From: Bdellovibrionales bacterium
GTDB lineage: Bacteria > Bdellovibrionota > Bdellovibrionia > Bdellovibrionales > UBA1609
Direction: 5' to 3'
Assembly (NCBI GenBank): GCA_965226095.1
Contig: OZ245336.1
Location: 1,481,308 to 1,545,307 of the forward strand
Length of the DNA: 64,000 bases
Part shown: one piece after another, positions 1 through 10,300 of the stretch
Layout: every line of letters begins with the position of its first letter
How positions within the stretch are numbered: the stretch's first letter is position 1
Notes under the pieces: generated by a model
Database searches by the model: none
What the model was told of the DNA's origin: nothing
The model's input: the letters and a program-made list of their open reading frames with translations, nothing else
Made by a program: the position numbers and the translations under genes

Positions 1-94
1 GCGGAAGACTTAACATTTTGATAGATTGCTGTAATTGAGGATTCATCCTTAGCTTTTGAGCTAATTTAAAACCCATTTTTAATTGTGCTGACAT
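1..94 (-). CDS. rpoN: RNA polymerase sigma-54 factor, first 31 codons only (gene continues beyond left edge)
   Basis: Reverse strand ATG at 94-92, then MSAQLKMGFKLAQKLRMNPQLQQSIKMLSLP. This matches the Leu/Gln-rich region I signature of sigma-54 (xPQLQQxIKxLxL). Too short for the ORF track. Sigma-54 activators and a sigma-54 promoter occur elsewhere in the window. Confidence 0.6.
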   Translation of the reverse strand, partial: MSAQLKMGFKLAQKLRMNPQLQQSIKMLSLP

Positions 95-277
95 AAAAAA
101 CTCCAATGCTATCCTTAATTATCTTACACAGAATTTTGAAATAGTGAAAGTAAAAAAACTCTATCATTCATTGAGAAGGATAACACTTATAAAAAATCAA
201 CTTTTCAACCTATTTAATGGGATTAGTGACTGTAAAAAAGCCCTGAAAAACAAACAATGAAAAAAATTCACTGTGCT

Positions 278-835
278 TTATAACATGCCATACTTATCTT
301 CGGATTTAACCTTTACAACAGCAAAGTTCACTTTTTTTACACCAGCTTCTGTTAAAGTATATAAAACTTTTTTAACAGATAAAAAGTCTATTTCCTTATC
401 TACCTGCAAAGTCACACGATAATAAGGAGCCACTTCATCTCCTTTCCTCTGATCTTCATCCATTTTCTTATCTTTTTTAATTCCTGCAATAGCTTTTTGA
501 ACCACTTCCATAAGAGGTAAAATACTTAAGTCACTCACCTGCTGCACTTCTTGAAAGCTAAGGATTTTCTTTTCATTAAAAGATAAATCTTTTGTGGACA
601 AGGCCACCACAAAAGACGGCTTTAATTCTTTCACTGATGAAGCCTGAGGCAAATCAATCTGCTCAACAATAGGTAATATCTGATTAGTGGAGGCATAATT
701 TTGAAGTAAAAACACCACTAACACTGTAAACATATCCACCATAGCTGTTAACTGTAAGGCAGCTACAACATTTCTTTTTGCACCACCTGCTTTTCGCCCA
801 TGTCGATTTCTTTTTCCTGGAACATAAATAGCCAT
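278..835 (-). CDS. ExbD/TolR-family biopolymer transport protein (AglS/AglQ-like motor subunit)
   Basis: 185 aa. Basic N-terminus followed by a single TM (LQLTAMVDMFTVLVVFLL), typical of ExbD/TolR. Start abuts the stop of the upstream ExbD gene. Confidence 0.8.
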   Translation of the reverse strand: MAIYVPGKRNRHGRKAGGAKRNVVAALQLTAMVDMFTVLVVFLLQNYASTNQILPIVEQIDLPQASSVKELKPSFVVALSTKDLSFNEKKILSFQEVQQVSDLSILPLMEVVQKAIAGIKKDKKMDEDQRKGDEVAPYYRVTLQVDKEIDFLSVKKVLYTLTEAGVKKVNFAVVKVKSEDKYGML

Positions 836-1314
836 TACTGCATATCTCCTGTAGCAATTGTAATTTCCGGAAAACCTCCATTAAGTAGAGCATCCATTGC
901 CGCAATGAGATGTTCATACTTTACCTTGTCACGGGAAGCCACTACAACATCGTTTTTTTCAGGATATACCTCTTTGATTTCCTTAATTTTTTTAAACAAA
1001 ACTTGTTCATTGTATTGTTTATTGTTAATTAGAGGAATCTCAAATCGCTCCTTACCAATGAGAACATTAAAACCATTTTCCAACACATTCACTCGAAAAG
1101 GAATATGCGCATAAGGAGGCACTTCCTTCATAGGCTCCGCTTCTGTTTTTTTGGCATAGAGAGAACTCCCCAGTTGAATCATAGAGATTTGTGTCCACAC
1201 GGCAGTAATCAACAAGAAGATAATACACACACTCATCAAATCAATAAAAGGAACAAGATTTAATTCAACAGCAATCTCTTTTTTATCGCTACCCATTTCC
1301 CGAACATGAGCCAT
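835..1314 (-). CDS. ExbD/TolR-family biopolymer transport protein
   Basis: 159 aa. Has the motif LNLVPFIDLMSVCIIFLLI plus a periplasmic alpha/beta domain. Lies directly downstream of the ExbB-like gene. Confidence 0.8.
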   Translation of the reverse strand: MAHVREMGSDKKEIAVELNLVPFIDLMSVCIIFLLITAVWTQISMIQLGSSLYAKKTEAEPMKEVPPYAHIPFRVNVLENGFNVLIGKERFEIPLINNKQYNEQVLFKKIKEIKEVYPEKNDVVVASRDKVKYEHLIAAMDALLNGGFPEITIATGDMQ

Positions 1315-1338
1315 TTTTTAACCCTCCAAGTCCACTCA

Positions 1339-2034
1339 CTACTGGCTTTGCTTAGTATAAATTTTATCCCTGTTGGACACCACACAATTCATTAAGTTCA
1401 TAGAACTTTCCAAAAGATCATTCGTCACCCGTCCAATCCTAATTTGAAAAAAACCATAAGCGGTAATTGCTACAATAGCCACAGATAACCCAAAAGCTGT
1501 GCAATTCAAAGCTTCTGAAATTCCCTTGGACAATACAGCCGCCTTGGTAGCTGCATCCACTTCCGCAACACCACCAAAAGATCGAATCAAACCAACAATT
1601 GTACCTAGCAAACCAATCAACACACTAATATTTCCAAAGACAGCTAAAAAAGCAGTCCAACCTTCAAAGCGTGGGGTTTCCCGTAAAACCGCCGCATCCA
1701 TCGCTACCTGCACTTCTTCATCCGGTCTCTTATTCATCACCTGCACCAAACCCGCTTTCAAAGTATTTGTTAAGGGCGCGGGACTGGTATCACAAAAGGC
1801 AACAGCCTGACGAACATTACCCTGCAACAGTAAGCCGAAAATGTTTTCACTCACATTGTCCTTATCCAGACTGAGAGTTTTTAAACTGAAAAACCTTTCA
1901 ATAATTAAAAATAAGACCATAAAACCACAGGCGGCAATAAAATACATCGCAAAACCCCCTTCACAAAAGGCCTTACTGATAAAATTACCGCTGGCTTCAC
2001 ATTTATTTAACATTTCTATTGTTTTTTCTTCCAA
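1339..2034 (-). CDS. MotA/TolQ/ExbB proton-channel protein (AglR-like)
   Basis: 231 aa with three TM segments. Conserved C-terminal channel motif LIGLLGTIVGLIRSFGG...ALNCTAFGLSVAIVA. Confidence 0.85.
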   Translation of the reverse strand: MEEKTIEMLNKCEASGNFISKAFCEGGFAMYFIAACGFMVLFLIIERFFSLKTLSLDKDNVSENIFGLLLQGNVRQAVAFCDTSPAPLTNTLKAGLVQVMNKRPDEEVQVAMDAAVLRETPRFEGWTAFLAVFGNISVLIGLLGTIVGLIRSFGGVAEVDAATKAAVLSKGISEALNCTAFGLSVAIVAITAYGFFQIRIGRVTNDLLESSMNLMNCVVSNRDKIYTKQSQ

Positions 2035-2083
2035 GGTCGTACCTCCTGTTAGTATTTAACCATAAAATAAACCCAAAATAAAA

Positions 2084-4423
2084 TTAAAAGACAAATGGCA
2101 CACTCACTGAACCAATTTGTCCTTTTTGTAAACCTGTTCCTGTAAAACGCATGTTTTTTATCTTACTCATTATACAGCGAGCCAATACAGCACTGTTTGA
2201 TGTATTTTTCTTTGCTCTCACCTTTTGTACCCTCTCATTTATAATTTCCCATCCAACCAACACTGTACCTGAAATATCCGGATTATTCTGTCTAGCGGTA
2301 CTAATACAGGATTCCAGTGTATATTTATGCCGTCGAATCACTCGCAAAATAGCATCTCGATCAATACCTCCATCAACAGCCAGATCAGAAACTCCAACTT
2401 CCAACTGTACTGAACCTTTACTACCCAAACTGCCACCTCGACCAGTGCCTCTACCACCGCCACCTCGACCTCTTGTTTTGATACCTGCCGACGCACCTAA
2501 TAAAGCCGTACCTGTTCCACCAGCACCTGCATTTTTAAACTTTGTTCCAATACCATCTCCTTTATAAGAATCTTTTTGCCCGGCAAATCCCGTTGCCTGA
2601 TCCGCTAATCCTGCTAACTCCCCTGTACCGGAGTAAGCTTTATCCAATACAGTTTGAGTCCCTTTAGAACCAAATACCCCCAGCAAACCCATTTTAGTTG
2701 GATCCGGACGAGGAGGTTTAGGAGGAGCACCTGCTTTTTTAGTTTTTACTGATCCTCCAGGACGAGCAGAAGTGATCGTTTTTTTCTTGGATTTGGCTTT
2801 AGGCTTGGGAGCTACTTGAGCAAGTTTTCCGGCCTTGCTCGGTTTTTTAATTCCAGTGATTTTCTTTTTTGGAGCCTTTTTTATAGGTACAGAAAACTCT
2901 CTTTTCTTTCTTACTTTCTTGGCCATTTTTAAACGAACCGGTGGACGATATTTTTTCTTAAATTCAATAGTTACATTTCTGATACCTTCCTCTTCAAGAT
3001 CCTCTTTCGAATCTAAAAACTGAGGAGAAAACAAACCAATATAAAATACCAGAAGACACATAAAAAAACAGGACATCATAATACCTGTCATCTCCGATGC
3101 ACTAAAGTTAAATAGAGAACCCGTCAGTGCTGTTTGCACTCTATTGACGAAACGAACATATACACTTAAACAATTACCAAATTCCAATTTAATAAGTTGT
3201 TTTTGCTGTAAAGTCACACCACCTTGTGCATTCATTAAACCTTTGGACATTAATTGTTTTAAAGAATATTTACCCTGCTTATTAAATACTGTTGCTTGAA
3301 CACCATCAGATATACCAATATTCACACTACTGTTGATTTCCAATAAAGGGTATTTAGGTATACTCAATAAATTAGGTAAACAAATACTGGCTGTTGAATC
3401 GGATCCAAAACTGACTTCCTTTTCCTTATAAAAATGACTCATGTTAAGAATTCTTTCTTTCCAGGCAACAATAACTTCCACAATTGGACCACTTCCCAAG
3501 GATAAATTTTTATCCAAATCTTTAATAGAGCTGGGAGGGGCATAAGTTCCAAAATCAGCTGGACGAATTTCTTCAGCTTGCTGTTCCATAGAAGAATCCG
3601 ACAACTCCTGAAAAGAAGGTAAATCCTCAGGAATACCTTCAGTATTTATATTTTGCACAACTTCAGATGACTGAGCAGGAACCTGAAAAGAGGAGGATGG
3701 CGGTGGCGGCGGCTCAACATCTTGATCATCTTGAACCAACTTGGACGGTTTTATTGAAAATACAGGATCCTGTGGTACTTCTTCCTTTGATTCCACATCT
3801 AAAGGAAAAGTAGGGACCGCACTTTCTGAACTTACAGCACTTTCTGAACTTACAGGACTTTCTGAACTTACAGGAGTTTCTGAACTTACAGCACTTTCTG
3901 AACTTACAGGACTTTCTGAACTTACAGGAGTTTCTGAACTTACAGGAGTTTCTGAACTTACAGGAGTTTCTGAACTTACAGGAGTTTCTGAACTTACAGG
4001 AGTTTCTTCAACTGCTGGTATGGGAGCAACTTCCTCTGTTGTTTCCTCAGATTTCTCACTGATGAGTTCCTGGTCTTCGGAACTCTTTGGAGGTTGCTCA
4101 GGATCTGTACGAGCAAAAGGCACATTGATATAAAATTGAATATTAAAATTCCCAATAGTAATTTGATCTCCATGATTTAAAGGCTCTTCCAAAATTTTAT
4201 GACCATTCACAAAAGTTCCAGTCGGGGAACCAAGATCAGAAATATAATATCCTGCACCTCTTTTTTCAATTAAGGTATGCCAATAACACACACTGGGATC
4301 AGACAACACCAAAGAAGGGCCGTCCTGACTACTTCCAATACTTATTTGATCAGCAAAAAATTGTTTATTACAATAAAGCTTTCCTGATCGAAATACTTTT
4401 AAAAACAATGGCTGATTGGCCAA
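2084..4423 (-). CDS. FHA-domain / TonB-like membrane protein with AgmX/PglI-type C-terminal domain (GltG/NfsG-like)
   Basis: 779 aa. N-terminal FHA fold (ISIGSS...GYYISDLGSPTGTFVNGHKI...GDQITIGNFNIQF). Then an acidic Pro/Ser repeat linker, one TM (MTGIMMSCFFMCLLVFYIGLF) and a Lys/Pro/Gly-rich spacer. C-terminal TonB-like domain (IDRDAILRVIRRHKYTLESC...GTVLVGWEI). Confidence 0.7.
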   Translation of the reverse strand: MANQPLFLKVFRSGKLYCNKQFFADQISIGSSQDGPSLVLSDPSVCYWHTLIEKRGAGYYISDLGSPTGTFVNGHKILEEPLNHGDQITIGNFNIQFYINVPFARTDPEQPPKSSEDQELISEKSEETTEEVAPIPAVEETPVSSETPVSSETPVSSETPVSSETPVSSESPVSSESAVSSETPVSSESPVSSESAVSSESAVPTFPLDVESKEEVPQDPVFSIKPSKLVQDDQDVEPPPPPSSSFQVPAQSSEVVQNINTEGIPEDLPSFQELSDSSMEQQAEEIRPADFGTYAPPSSIKDLDKNLSLGSGPIVEVIVAWKERILNMSHFYKEKEVSFGSDSTASICLPNLLSIPKYPLLEINSSVNIGISDGVQATVFNKQGKYSLKQLMSKGLMNAQGGVTLQQKQLIKLEFGNCLSVYVRFVNRVQTALTGSLFNFSASEMTGIMMSCFFMCLLVFYIGLFSPQFLDSKEDLEEEGIRNVTIEFKKKYRPPVRLKMAKKVRKKREFSVPIKKAPKKKITGIKKPSKAGKLAQVAPKPKAKSKKKTITSARPGGSVKTKKAGAPPKPPRPDPTKMGLLGVFGSKGTQTVLDKAYSGTGELAGLADQATGFAGQKDSYKGDGIGTKFKNAGAGGTGTALLGASAGIKTRGRGGGGRGTGRGGSLGSKGSVQLEVGVSDLAVDGGIDRDAILRVIRRHKYTLESCISTARQNNPDISGTVLVGWEIINERVQKVRAKKNTSNSAVLARCIMSKIKNMRFTGTGLQKGQIGSVSVPFVF
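3819..4016 (-). repeat. 18-bp tandem repeat, 10 full units plus 1 degenerate, encoding (E-T/S-P/A-V-S-S)n inside the FHA/TonB-like gene
   Basis: Plus-strand units g(c/g)a(c/g)tttctgaacttaca repeat head-to-tail from 3819 to 3998, with a degenerate unit to 4016. The protein reads ETPVSSETPVSS...ESAVSS. Confidence 0.95.
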
Positions 4424-4441
4424 AATACCCCCTAAAGTATT

Positions 4442-4723
4442 TTACATTTCCCTTGCGGTTCTTCGCATTTCTGGTAAAAAGTTTTTTCTAAACTTAATTA
4501 AGCGTCCATAATTAACATCTTTTTTTTGAAACAAATTAAAAATACCTGGACTGGATGGACCACCATGCAATAACTCATCTTCAAAGTTAATAGTCACTTT
4601 CTTCGGTGTTCTTCTCTTACTTCTTTTTTTCTTAGCTTCCACTGTGCCAGATAAAAGAAATAAAGTTAAAGCAATAGAAAATAACCAACAATATTTTTTC
4701 TTTTTTGTTTTCATTTTAAACAC
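4442..4723 (-). CDS. small basic secreted protein (positional GltF/NfsF equivalent)
   Basis: 93 aa. Signal peptide (CWLFSIALTLFLLSGTVEA) followed by a Lys/Arg-rich tract. The assignment rests on operon position only. Confidence 0.45.
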   Translation of the reverse strand: MFKMKTKKKKYCWLFSIALTLFLLSGTVEAKKKRSKRRTPKKVTINFEDELLHGGPSSPGIFNLFQKKDVNYGRLIKFRKNFLPEMRRTAREM

Positions 4724-4729
4724 TCCATC

Positions 4730-5608
4730 TCATTTCATAGATTCCAAATATTTCTTTAAACTTCTAATCTTCCTGGTATAAAGTCCTGAGCTATCTAGGA
4801 AATCCACTCTCTTTAAAGTTTTTAAAGCTCGTTCTTTCTTTTTCAAATTTCTTCCTATAAGGATAGCATGATTCATCACCAATTCCACTTCCTTTGGATT
4901 ATTCTTAATTAACTCTCTAAAAACTCTATCAGCTTTTCTAAAATTTCCAGACCATGATAAAGCAACTGCATAATTGTTACCTGTCTTAACAACTTGAGGA
5001 TGCGTTACAGACAACTCTTCTTTAGTACCATTATAAGCCAACCCTAAATAATCCAAAGCAGAACGATAGTTATATCCTTGTATATATAAGGAACCTAAAT
5101 TACCAGCCGCAAAAAAATTTTTTCTCTCATACTTTAAACTCTTTTTAAAAGATAATGCCGCTGTGTCTATCTCACCCTCCTTCAACAAAATCAAACCCAT
5201 ATTGTTATGTATAGAAGAGTTTTCAGAATAATATTTTAAAGCTCTGGTAAATATAATTTTAGCCATTTGATATCGACCTGTTTCCAAGTAGTAAGTGCCC
5301 AAACTTAACAAAGCTACTTTATTTTTAGAATCAAAATTTAAAATCCTGGCACCTAAAGCAGTAATACGATCTTCATTTTCCCGGGTTTTCTTAATTTCTT
5401 TCAGTTCCTGTTCCCATTGTTTCACTTGTTGTTCTCTTATTCTCTTTCTGTCTTTTTCGCTTCTACCAACATCCACACTACTTACATCCCTGGAATCTTC
5501 AGCACCACCAACTTCAGCACCACCAACTTCAGGCATAAAAACTACAGCGATCATAAAAAATAAAAACATTTGTAAAAAACTCTTAAACACTTTTATACTC
5601 CCGACCAA
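4730..5608 (-). CDS. TPR-repeat protein (GltE/AglT/NfsE-like)
   Basis: 292 aa. N-terminal signal/TM, then TPR-like repeats (ALLSLGTYYLETGRYQMAKIIFTRAL..., AAGNLGSLYIQGYNYRSALDY). The start may be an internal Met at 5569. Confidence 0.6.
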   Translation of the reverse strand: MVGSIKVFKSFLQMFLFFMIAVVFMPEVGGAEVGGAEDSRDVSSVDVGRSEKDRKRIREQQVKQWEQELKEIKKTRENEDRITALGARILNFDSKNKVALLSLGTYYLETGRYQMAKIIFTRALKYYSENSSIHNNMGLILLKEGEIDTAALSFKKSLKYERKNFFAAGNLGSLYIQGYNYRSALDYLGLAYNGTKEELSVTHPQVVKTGNNYAVALSWSGNFRKADRVFRELIKNNPKEVELVMNHAILIGRNLKKKERALKTLKRVDFLDSSGLYTRKIRSLKKYLESMK

Positions 5609-8600
5609 TCATAAAAAGTAACTGGCGAAACTGTTTGCCCTGTACTCAATGATGACTTATTATACTGGCTTAATTTATCCAAAGCTTTTTTGATCCATGT
5701 TGAATCATAATTATTTAATTGTTGAGATTTTTTGACAGCTAATTCATAGTTATTAACAGCCTCATTCTTAAAGGGTTCAACAGTTTTTTGAAGTCCTGCC
5801 TTATACTGCTGGATCTCTGCTTTATTTAAACCTCTAGGAATAGGTGAATTATAAATCGCATCACCAATATGATCAGAGGCAAGCCCAATTAAAACCAAAG
5901 ATGCAATCACTTGTTCTCCACTATCATAACGAATAACTTTCTTTAATTCCTCCTTCAGTCTGGCTAAGAGGGCAAGCTTTTCTTTAACAACTTTTTGTTG
6001 CAACCGAGGGCTAGCTGGAATTTTAATTTTAATGAATCGAAGATAAGTATCGTATACTTTTAAAAACTCTGCCTGAGCAGCATAGTGGACACCTACCTTA
6101 TATTTTTTATAAAGATTAACTGTTCTTTGATACCATACTTTAGATTGACTTATCTGACCTTTAGCTTTTTTAATTTCTGCAACTTTAAAAGCGGATTCCA
6201 CTAAAGCCCTATGATCAGAAGAACCTCTATTTAAGAATTGATTATAATAAGAAACTGCTTTGGTAATATGACCTCGACGCTTAAGCATTTCTGCCAATAA
6301 ATAAAGCGCTTGTGTTTTTTCCGCTTTTTTGGATTTTTTAAAGTACATTAAGTAGGCTTGCTCTGCCTGAGAATAGCGATTAAAACCATCATAGATCAAA
6401 GCTGAATTATACCAAAAATCTGCAGATACTTTATCATTAGGAAAAGCTTTAGCATAGGAAGAGAAAGCCTGAGCCGCCTTCATATATTGTCCCGTACTTT
6501 CGTAAATCCCCGGTGCTTCCTTTAATATGGATTGTTTTAATTTCTTACTGGTAGCTTTTCGACTTTGTAATACTCTATTATAGATAGACAGAGCTTTCAG
6601 CATATCACCACTTTCTTTATAATAAAATCCAGCATTATAGTAAGCGTTTAACCGTAAAGGGGACCCAGGATTATCATCTGCAAATCTCTGATACATCTCT
6701 GCTCCTTTAGCGTAATGTTTGTTTTTTACCATATCCTCAGCAGACTTTAATGCAATTTGAGAAATGATTTTTTGAATATCTTTTGCAGAAGGAGAACGAG
6801 CAATCGTCGGATTTTTTAATAACTGAACAGCCGCCTCTTTTAAAGCTACAAAATCTTTTTTCGTATTGTGAATATCTAAAATCAAATTAGCTGCATACTC
6901 AGTATATTTACTACGAGGATATTTTCTAACAATGTGCCAAAAATGATCCAAAGCATCCTTATGATGATTAAATTCATAATGAAACTCCCCTTTTTTATAT
7001 ATAATAGCCGGTATATTCGATTTAGAAGGAAAATGAGTGATATAGTAATCTGCCGCTTTCTGAAAAGTATGTATCGGTTGAGTAAAAGGAACAAACTCTG
7101 TTTTTTTATTCACTAATTTTTTAATCTGTTGAGAAGAAGGTAATACTTTTTCAAAAGCAAGCACACTGTTTAAACTGGCCAATGCATAGTACTGACTCCT
7201 GTTATAGTTTTCCGCGAGATATTGATAATACTTTCCAGCTTGTGCATATCTTCCAATATCAAAGAGAAGTTCTGCATGAAAAAAATGCATTTGATCCGAC
7301 TTCTTGGATTGTTTAAAATATTTATTATATAATTCATAGCCAAATAAAGCCTGGCCTTTTGCCACTTTATCTCTTGTCTTACGGTAAGATTGGTGCATCT
7401 GTAAAGCATAGTTTCTCACAGTACTTTCCATCAGTGTTCTAGCTTTCACCAAGATTTGTGGCTCATGTTTGTTCAGCTTGGCCCAATTACTCGTTGGACC
7501 AAATCTCTCTAACCAGTACCTAAGCTCCTTTAAAAAAAATTGTCTGTTACCAGCTGAAGTATAAGCACGAATAATCTGATATTGATAATCATAAGCTCTG
7601 GAAGAGTTAGGTTGTTCAGAAATTAACTGTTTGAATGTAATACGTACTCCCTTTAAATGACCAGAATCCAGATAAGCCTCCGCTAGCCGCTTTAACATCT
7701 TCATAGCTTGAACAGAACTACCAGACTTCTTTTCAAAATAAGATAGTGCCAAATTCGGACTTCTTGTAGAATGACTATAAAACAAAACTAAATCATTTAA
7801 AGCTTCTTTTGCAAAATGCACAATTCCAGCGGCTTGAACACTCATGTTACCTCTTGCTTTTTGACGATTCCCCTCTCTAATAATAGCTTCCATATTCACA
7901 AGCGCTCTATCCACCTGCCCAATGTTAAAGTAGCACCAAGCTAATTTATATAAAGCAAAAGAATAAATTTTTAAACGAGGGTTCTTAACAATTCTTCTAT
8001 AATAAGATAGTGCTTTTTTCCATTGAGATTGATTAAAATGATATTCCGCCAGTTCAAAATTTACATCAGTAATATATTCACTTCTTGGAAATTTTTTAAC
8101 CAGCCTCTCATAACTTTTTTTCCCATCAGTCAACCGACCTCTTTTAAAATAAGCAACACCTAAAAAAAACAAAACTTGATCTGTGTACTTATCTTTTGGA
8201 AATTGTCGGCGATAGGTTTCAAAAAGCTTAATCGATTTATCCACATACACAAAAGTGGACCTTAAATTAAGACGAGGTTTCTGAGCTCTTTGTTTTTTTA
8301 TAAATCTCTTTATATCCTGATCATATTTTTCATATAAACGGTATTCGATGAGACGTACTTTTTCAATATAGAGACTTCCCAATCTTAAACGTAAATCTCT
8401 ACGGGAACTGGTCTTAATCAAAGAAAATAATTGTTTAATTTCTGCGTTGATGACTTCCTCAAGAGCCGCTTCATCAGTGCCTTCTTCAAAGTACTGCCTG
8501 AATTGACGAGGTGGAGTAGCCACTTTAATGACCTGTCGCTTAATTCTACGAATAGTATCTTTGGACTTGGGAACTATGAGTTTTTTCCTTTGTAATCCAA

Positions 8601-8793
8601 ATCGTCGATTTTTACCTCTTCGACGGGCAGCTGGTTCTCTGGAATTTAACCGATCATCTATTTGATCGATGGATTCCTCTACCTGAACATTCTGCATTTT
8701 ATCCTCAGATACTTCTTCCGCATACAAAGGAATACAACCCAGTATAAAAACACATAGTGCAAAAAATTTACTTACAGCTTTCCATACCCACAT
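5593..8793 (-). CDS. large multi-TPR periplasmic protein (GltD/AgmU/NfsD-like)
   Basis: The ORF-track frame runs 5593..8883. I place the start at the ATG at 8793 (MWVWKAVSKFFALCVFILGCIPLYAEE, a signal peptide) because the upstream 90 nt overlap the preceding gene. TPR-like A-x-Y-x-x-G/A helices occur throughout. Confidence 0.65.
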   Translation of the reverse strand: MWVWKAVSKFFALCVFILGCIPLYAEEVSEDKMQNVQVEESIDQIDDRLNSREPAARRRGKNRRFGLQRKKLIVPKSKDTIRRIKRQVIKVATPPRQFRQYFEEGTDEAALEEVINAEIKQLFSLIKTSSRRDLRLRLGSLYIEKVRLIEYRLYEKYDQDIKRFIKKQRAQKPRLNLRSTFVYVDKSIKLFETYRRQFPKDKYTDQVLFFLGVAYFKRGRLTDGKKSYERLVKKFPRSEYITDVNFELAEYHFNQSQWKKALSYYRRIVKNPRLKIYSFALYKLAWCYFNIGQVDRALVNMEAIIREGNRQKARGNMSVQAAGIVHFAKEALNDLVLFYSHSTRSPNLALSYFEKKSGSSVQAMKMLKRLAEAYLDSGHLKGVRITFKQLISEQPNSSRAYDYQYQIIRAYTSAGNRQFFLKELRYWLERFGPTSNWAKLNKHEPQILVKARTLMESTVRNYALQMHQSYRKTRDKVAKGQALFGYELYNKYFKQSKKSDQMHFFHAELLFDIGRYAQAGKYYQYLAENYNRSQYYALASLNSVLAFEKVLPSSQQIKKLVNKKTEFVPFTQPIHTFQKAADYYITHFPSKSNIPAIIYKKGEFHYEFNHHKDALDHFWHIVRKYPRSKYTEYAANLILDIHNTKKDFVALKEAAVQLLKNPTIARSPSAKDIQKIISQIALKSAEDMVKNKHYAKGAEMYQRFADDNPGSPLRLNAYYNAGFYYKESGDMLKALSIYNRVLQSRKATSKKLKQSILKEAPGIYESTGQYMKAAQAFSSYAKAFPNDKVSADFWYNSALIYDGFNRYSQAEQAYLMYFKKSKKAEKTQALYLLAEMLKRRGHITKAVSYYNQFLNRGSSDHRALVESAFKVAEIKKAKGQISQSKVWYQRTVNLYKKYKVGVHYAAQAEFLKVYDTYLRFIKIKIPASPRLQQKVVKEKLALLARLKEELKKVIRYDSGEQVIASLVLIGLASDHIGDAIYNSPIPRGLNKAEIQQYKAGLQKTVEPFKNEAVNNYELAVKKSQQLNNYDSTWIKKALDKLSQYNKSSLSTGQTVSPVTFYDWSGV

Positions 8794-10300
8794 AATGATA
8801 ATTCCCCAGTTCATCCAACCAATATTCCCCACCTTTAAAAGGCCAGTATTCATAACCATTTTGAATATAAAAACTACGATCAAATTCTTCTATACTGACT
8901 TTACCAACAGTTTTTTGAGCAATTTTTTTCTTTAAAAAACCCCTTTTATTTCTTAACAACTCATATCGAAGATACTTCTCTTGATTAAAAAAATCTCTCA
9001 ACTCATTTCGAATACCTTTTACCTGCCTCATTGCTATTTGACCGGCACCCTTTTGTGCCTTAAGTAATTCTTTTTTAATTAAAGAACTCGTGTAACGCCC
9101 CACTTGAGATCTTCTCCAGGATCCAGACAAATTATAAGTCATATCTCTTTGTTTTTTTAAACCTTTAATATATTGGTGCTGAGCCGCAAAGTCAGCTTCC
9201 CGAAGAATTCTACGGGATACCACCATAGGATAATCCACAGATCTGGATCCTTTATGTGGCCCTACAGACAAGACTAAAGACTGATAATGGGATATAAAAG
9301 AGTGTCCTTGTTTTGTTAATTCATTCACCTTTGTATAAACAGGGTAATATATACTTTTAAATAAATCCAACACTTTACCCATTTCAAAATATTTACAAAT
9401 ATATAGATAAACAATCGCACGCAACAATAGAGATTCCGGTTGATAATGTTTGGAATAATACTCAGAATGCAAAGTCTGAAAATTCCCTAGAGCGGATCTT
9501 AATCTTCCAGCTCTTAATAAGGCCCAACTTCTTTCCAATAGGGTATCATGCCAAAAAGGAGAATTTCTTGGAACCTGGTAGTAAGTATCCGCTGAAAGAT
9601 TCCATTTTTTTCCTTGATAATAAGAACGCGCCCTTCCCATGATAGCTGACACCCTTAGATTATCTGTATCTCTATTTGTCCGCTGACTTTCCAGGTTATT
9701 AAATACCCGAATCGCCCGATTAACTTGATTTAACTCTGCATAAGCCAAGCCAGAATTATATAAAGATTTATAAAACATGGAATGAGAAGATGGAATCATT
9801 GAAAAATGTTTAATTGCCTTTCTATAGTTACGTTTTCTCATCCAATATTCCCCTAAATAATAATTAAGCAGAGGTTTTTGAGAGCTTGAAACATATCTTA
9901 AACTGTTATGAGCTATAGAATAATCTAAAATGGCCTCATTATGCAAAACAGTAGCCGCCAGTGCAATTTTTTGCAGACTGTTTCTGACATAACCTTTTGC
10001 TTTTGTACGCACTAAAATCTGAAATTGCTTAACTGCCGGAACATACAATCCCATATTATATAGACTTAAGGCTAAATTATATCTTATTTTATCTTTATGT
10101 GCAGAAAACTTCTTATTTTCTAACAATAGAAACAAGGATTTAGAAGCAGTATGATAATCTCTGGCAAGCACTCTTCTGAAAGCGCTTCGCAATTGAACAT
10201 TGGAACTATTGTATCCTTTTTTACTGGTTCTTTTCGCACCTGCACTAAAACTACAAAATAAACAAACAGATACTAATAGCAGATAAATATTTTTTTTCAT
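8768..10300 (-). CDS. TPR-repeat protein with signal peptide (GltC/NfsC-like)
   Basis: 510 aa. Signal peptide MKKNIYLLLVSVCLFCSFSAGA. Repeated TPR-like motifs (YNLALSLYNMGLYVPAVKQF, YNSGLAYAELNQVNRAIRVF). Confidence 0.6.
   Translation of the reverse strand: MKKNIYLLLVSVCLFCSFSAGAKRTSKKGYNSSNVQLRSAFRRVLARDYHTASKSLFLLLENKKFSAHKDKIRYNLALSLYNMGLYVPAVKQFQILVRTKAKGYVRNSLQKIALAATVLHNEAILDYSIAHNSLRYVSSSQKPLLNYYLGEYWMRKRNYRKAIKHFSMIPSSHSMFYKSLYNSGLAYAELNQVNRAIRVFNNLESQRTNRDTDNLRVSAIMGRARSYYQGKKWNLSADTYYQVPRNSPFWHDTLLERSWALLRAGRLRSALGNFQTLHSEYYSKHYQPESLLLRAIVYLYICKYFEMGKVLDLFKSIYYPVYTKVNELTKQGHSFISHYQSLVLSVGPHKGSRSVDYPMVVSRRILREADFAAQHQYIKGLKKQRDMTYNLSGSWRRSQVGRYTSSLIKKELLKAQKGAGQIAMRQVKGIRNELRDFFNQEKYLRYELLRNKRGFLKKKIAQKTVGKVSIEEFDRSFYIQNGYEYWPFKGGEYWLDELGNYHYVGMESCK

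Noticed and set aside
3741-4133. 130-aa plus-strand ORF (…LSELTGVSELTG…)
   Set aside because: It is the antisense reading of the 18-bp tandem repeat within the FHA/TonB-like gene and has no independent support. The same reasoning applies to other track ORFs nested antisense in long genes, for example 684..917, 800..1114, 1499..1810, 2151..2567, 12369..12684, 17779..18249 and 21764..22036.
8794-8883. Upstream 30 codons of the 1096-aa TPR ORF
   Set aside because: They overlap the 3' end of the preceding gene by up to 116 nt. The ATG at 8793 starts a normal signal peptide.
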